Below, one piece after another: positions 59,274-64,000 of a DNA stretch of 64,000 nucleotides (its first letter is position 1; each line of letters begins with the position of its first letter). Where the stretch lies: assembly GCA_951406725.2 (NCBI GenBank), contig OX597832.1:51336001-51400000 (forward strand), written 5' to 3'. Both the position numbers and the translations under genes were made by a program. The notes beneath the pieces are model-generated. The model saw nothing but the letters and a program-made list of their open reading frames with translations. It searched no databases and was not told the DNA's origin. This stretch comes from Octopus vulgaris. Its lineage: Eukaryota.

Positions 59274-60714
59274 GTCTTAGGTTTTTAGTTTAATTTCTGC
59301 TGTCTTTATTTTCACTCATTCCTTATTTATAACCTTTTATGTGTATGTCCATAAAATGATTTGGAAAATATTTTTATCTTTCTTTCTGGGATATTCTCTA
59401 TTAAATCAGTGGTTCATATATTGTGTAATATAACTGATTAGTAATTAGATGAAATTTTTCGTTACTAAATCACAAAATGAGAGTCAAACGTAAAAGAGAA
59501 AATATATATATTTAGTGTGTTGTCCTGGGTTAGAGAATTGATCACTACAGAACTAGTACATCATCATCATCATTTAACGTCTGTTTTCCATGTTGGCATG
59601 GGTTGGATGGTTTGACTGGAACTAGTAAGGCCAGGGGCCCCACAAGGCTCCATTTATGGCATGGTTTCTACAGCAGAATGCCTTTCCTAATGCCAACCAC
59701 TTCACAGAGTGTACTAAGTGTTTCTCATGTGGCACCAGCACCAATATCATTTCTGCTGTGGCAGACAGGTCTTCTAGAATACAGCAAGGCACCAAGCATC
59801 TTGGTCCTTTATCATCTCCTTCATAAGGCTCAGTGTCTCAAGGATGGGCTTCAATACTTCATCCTGTGGCTTCTTGGGTTTCCCTCTTGCACAAGTTTCA
59901 TCCACTTTAAGTCATTGGATCTTTTGTATGCAAATGTCTACATCCATATACAATTCCAAGTGGAATCAGCTGTAAATAGTTGTCTCCGAGTGGTACATTT
60001 TATTCTAGAGTTCTCTGTTCATATTACTCTGAGCAATAGCTACCAAATAGGTTTTCCTGAATTAAACTAATGCTGTATACAATAGAGATTTGATTCATCT
60101 ACTGATGCCAGGCATAGGCATTAGGCTGGCAGAATTGTTAGCATGTGAGATGAAACCGTTTAGCAATATCTCTTCTGGTACTTGACGTTCTGAGTTCAAA
60201 TTCCACCAAGGTCAACTGTGTCTTTCACCCCCTTTGGGTTGGGGAAGAGGTCAATAAAATAATGCTTTGCATTCTTTTACTTGTTTCCGTCATTTGATTA
60301 TGTCTATGCTGGAGCACCACCTTATTTTAGACAAAGAGATCAACCCCAGAACTTATTCTTTGTAAGCCTGGTACTTATTCTATCAGTATCTTTTGCCAAA
60401 CTGGTACTTGATGTTCTGAGTTTAAATTCCACCAAGGTCAACTGTCTTTCATCCCCTTTGGGTTGGGAAAGAGGTCAATAAAATAAAGTACCAATCAAGT
60501 ACTGGAGTCAATGTAATTGATATTTGTCCACCACCACCACCCTCTCAAAAATTGATGAGCTTGAACCATTCAGGCCGAGTGTTGTGAACTCGGTCACTGA
60601 CATGACATGGAAACTGGGTAACTACAAAAAAAAAAAAGTTTTAAGAACCACTGCTCTAATGTCTTGAAGTTGTTGGAGTAGACTTTTAATATTTTAAAAA
60701 CATTTTCTTTATAA

Positions 60715-61030
60715 CAATTGTAGCGTGGAAGGTGTTTGCAAGCCATTTAAGAAACACACAAAAGCCGTTCGATTCACTTCAACATTTAAGTTTAATTCGC
60801 CAAAATATTTTCGCCGCTTTAAGACCACGACCTGTTCACTGACAAGAACAGGTCGTGGTCTTAAAGCGGAGAAAATATTTTGACAAATTAAACTTAAATG
60901 TTGAAGTGAATCGAACGGCTTTTGTGTGTTTCTTAAATGGCTTACAAACACCTTCCACGCTGCAGTTGTTTTCGGTTCTGCACACGATCTCAGATCAAGT
61001 CACTTGCTATGCAAGTACATCTCCGTAATT
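60715..61030. mobile_element. Palindromic pLTR-like repeat (relatives at 25750-25900 and 63365-63785)
   Basis: gcgtggaaggtgtttg...aagccatttaagaaacacacaaaagccgttcgattcacttcaacatttaag arm present in both orientations. Contains the variant hammerhead. Confidence 0.6.
60797..60845 (-). ncRNA. Variant minimal hammerhead motif with G3-C8 core swap
   Basis: Minus strand reads UUGUCA-GUGAACA-g-GUCGU-ggucuuaaa-GCGGC-GAAA-auau-UU-UGGCGA. 6-bp stem I (two G-U), GUGANCA core, 5-bp stem II, palindromic AAUAUU at stem III. Confidence 0.55.
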
Positions 61031-62154
61031 CTCTATAACAGTCATCATTATATTTATATATAGTAAGACTGGGATGGAGACAGATCAAAAGGTTATTACC
61101 ATTGCTGGCTCCAAGGGACTCTCGGTGTAAAGGGCAGGTTATATGATACTCTCATACAAAGTGCAATGCAGCATAGTAGCAGGGCAAAGCTTGACGTGCG
61201 GATAATTTACAAAAACTGGAAATAAATTAGAAAAAAACATACTCCACTGAATGTTCTTTTGAATGACAGCTTATAAACGAGCTGAAATGAAGCCCCACTA
61301 GCTAGGTCAAATGGTTACTCTTTTACTTGTTTCAGTCATTTGACTGCGGCCATGCTGGAGCACCGCCTTTAATCGAGCAACTCGACCCTGGGTCTTATTC
61401 TTTTGTAAGCCCAGTACTTATTCTATTGGTCTCTTTTGCCGAACCGCTAAGTAACGGGGACATAAACACACCAGCATCGGTTGTCAAGCAATGCTAGGGG
61501 GACAAACACAGACACACACACAAACACACACGCACGCATATATATATATATATATATATACATATATACATGGGCTTCTTTCAGTTTCCGTCTACAAAAT
61601 CCACTCACAAGGCTTTGGTCGGCCCGAGGCTATAGTAGAAGACACTAGCCCAAGGTGCCACGCAGTGGGACTGAACCGGGAACCATGTGGTTGGTAAACA
61701 AGCTACTTACCACACAGCCACTCCTGCGCCTATGGTTACATTTATCACACAAGTAATTGTGTAGAAATGTTAGTGTATCACAGAATGTATAACTAAAAAA
61801 TTGTCTTGTGGCTAAATAACATTCTATTAGGTTTATATTATTTATCAAAAGCATTCATCCATCTGCGTTGTCTGTGATAAAAAAAAGATTTTAGCTTAAA
61901 ATAAATGTTGTTCGAAGGTTATATGGATACAGTTTGTGTATCAAATAGCTAACTTAAGGCGATGGCCTCATGGAACTAATAAGCGGACAGCTTTATTCTT
62001 ATTTTTATAAGAATGCCATATTAGTATGGCGATAACTATTATTTTCCGGAAACGCTGCCGTTGTTCTCTTTTAGACTTAGTAATTTTAATATTTCTGTTA
62101 AATGTTGTTTTGTCTTGATTCTAATATCTTTTTTTCGTTTTCTTCTCTTTTCAG

Positions 62155-62750
62155 AACTTCATTCAAGTGTATGGCTTTTTCTCCACATATACATTCCTTC
62201 ATGATCTAAATATCTGCATGACAGCATCAAATTATAAATATTAAAAATTTTTTTAATGGAAAAACAAAATATGAATGGCATAACTTAGCGAACCTAACAT
62301 AATAATTCAATAAAATTGTTCATGCATGTAATCTTTCAATTAAAAGCATCAAGTGCCAAAAATGAACTGTCTTATCTTCCATTTTAAAGGGTTACAGAAT
62401 TAACATCGGTTATAGGAACATAAATCTTCTTCCACGAAGAAGATTTATGATGTGCTCTAAATGGAGGTGTAGTCAAATCTTATTTTATGGCCTCAACCAT
62501 GCTCTAAAATAAGTTGAAAGGTATGCTACTATAAATCGGCATGAACTTTCCGGACAACCCAGTAACTATAATGGTTTGGGTATGAAATAGAAAATATGTA
62601 TTTATGTATACATGCAAAATGGGAACAAGCTAAAGAGTTGTGTCTTTGTCTTTTTATTTTAGCTATAAGTGTTAATTGGTTTTCATTAGCCTAATGCAAA
62701 ACAGCACATTGTATCGCAGTTCTGGCAATAAACATCTCTATCTAAACTAT
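62155..62750 (+). other. Probable non-coding 3'-terminal exon (3' UTR) of the profilin-like gene
   Basis: Branch-like TTCTAAT (~62119-62125), long pyrimidine tract and CAG at 62152-62154. Unique AT-rich sequence with AATAAA at 62309 and 62727. Link to exon 3 is inferred from the orphan donor at 50274. Confidence 0.55.
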
Positions 62751-62812
62751 TTGGGTGATCTCTCAAGTTATTAATCATTGATTGCAATTGTATTTTATTT
62801 ATGTATTTTATT

Positions 62813-63195
62813 CGTGGAGGCGCAATGGCCCAGTGGTTAGGGCAGCGGACTCGCAGTCGTAGGATCGCGGTTTCGATTCCCAGACCGGGCGTTGTGAGTG
62901 TTTATTGAGCGAAAACACCTAAAGCTCCACGAGGCTCCGGCAGGGATGGTGGTGATCCCTGCTGTACTCTTTCACCACAACTTTCTCTCACTCTTACTTC
63001 CTGTTTCTGTTGTACCTGTATTTCAAAGGGGCCGGCCTTGTCACTCTCTGTGTCACGCTGAATATCCCCGAGAACTACGTTAAGGGTACATGTGTCTGTG
63101 GAGTGCTCAGCCACTTACCCGTTAATTTCACGAGCAGGCTGTTCCGTTGATCGGATCAACCGGAACCCTCGTTGTCGTAACCGACGGAGTGCTTC
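62813..63195 (+). mobile_element. tRNA-derived SINE family C
   Basis: cgtggaggcgcaatggcccagtggttagggcagcggact...ggtttcgattccc head (A and B boxes) plus ~300-bp body. Near-identical copy at 41851-42238, partial copies at 12069-12270 and 38587-38740. Confidence 0.88.
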
Positions 63196-64000
63196 TAAAA
63201 TTTTATTTATGCCTTCATATTGTACTTTCATTGATTTTTGTAATTATTTCTTTATTGCTGAAGCAAAAGTTTTTTGTAAAGATATGACAGTTTTACATGA
63301 AAGAAACTTAGTAAGAACTGAAAATAAAAATTGGTGGTTCAGAATAATTTCTGTAGGAAATCAATTGCAGTGTGGAAGGTGTTTGTAAGCCATTTAAGAA
63401 ACACACAAAAGCCGTTCGATTCACTTCAACATTTAAGTTTAATTTGTCAAAAATCCGTGCTGCATCTGAGAAAGTAACAGTTAGTTTGTTATATATATGT
63501 ACGTACGTGTGTATGTATGTATGCACGCACGTATGTGTGTATGTATGTATGCATGCATGTATGCATACATGTATGTATGTATGTACGTACGTACATACGC
63601 ATGTGTGCATGTATGTATGTGTGCATATACACACATACATACATACAAACTTAAATGTTGAAGTGAATCGAATGGCTTTTGTGTGTTTCTTAAATGGCTT
63701 ACAAACACCTTCCACGCTGCAATTGTCTTCGTTTCAGCACACGATCTCAGATCAAATCACTTGCTATGCAAGTACATCTCAGTAGGAAATATTTAAGGTA
63801 TAATTTCTGAATGAGAAACGAGCTGTAAAATAGTATTTAGTGGCAGAGAAGCAATGAATGGGATTAATAATTGTTACTATCATCATTTAATGGCCACTTT
63901 TCCATGCTTGCATCAGTCAAGATGGAATTTGCTGTAGCAGATTTTCTATCGCTGGATTCCCTTCCTGTCACCAACCTTCACCTGCTTCTAAACAAGACAA

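Overview
AT-rich, repeat-saturated eukaryotic DNA, most likely an octopus (coleoid cephalopod) genome judging by the SINE families and (TA)n load; the taxon is inferred, not shown. Almost all ORFs in the supplied track are microsatellite or SINE artefacts. The one host gene I can build is spliced and missed by the ORF track: a divergent 130-aa profilin-like gene on + (coding exons 22873-22989, 45701-45869, 50154-50260, probable non-coding last exon from 62155). The rest is nested mobile DNA: several tRNA-derived SINE families, decayed Tc1 and mariner transposons, a foldback MITE with telomere-like repeats and an 8-bp TSD, piggyBac-type MITEs, non-autonomous Helitrons, Tx1/L1, RTE and CR1 fragments, satellites and a 100-N gap. 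Several palindromic repeats flanked by (TA)n carry minimal type I hammerhead ribozyme motifs of the kind associated with Penelope-like elements. One is a complete canonical motif (48121-48163, -), one has a long stem II (18040-18126, -), one has a compensatory G3-C8 core swap (60797-60845, -), and several are decayed. Repeat boundaries are approximate unless a TSD or TIR is quoted.
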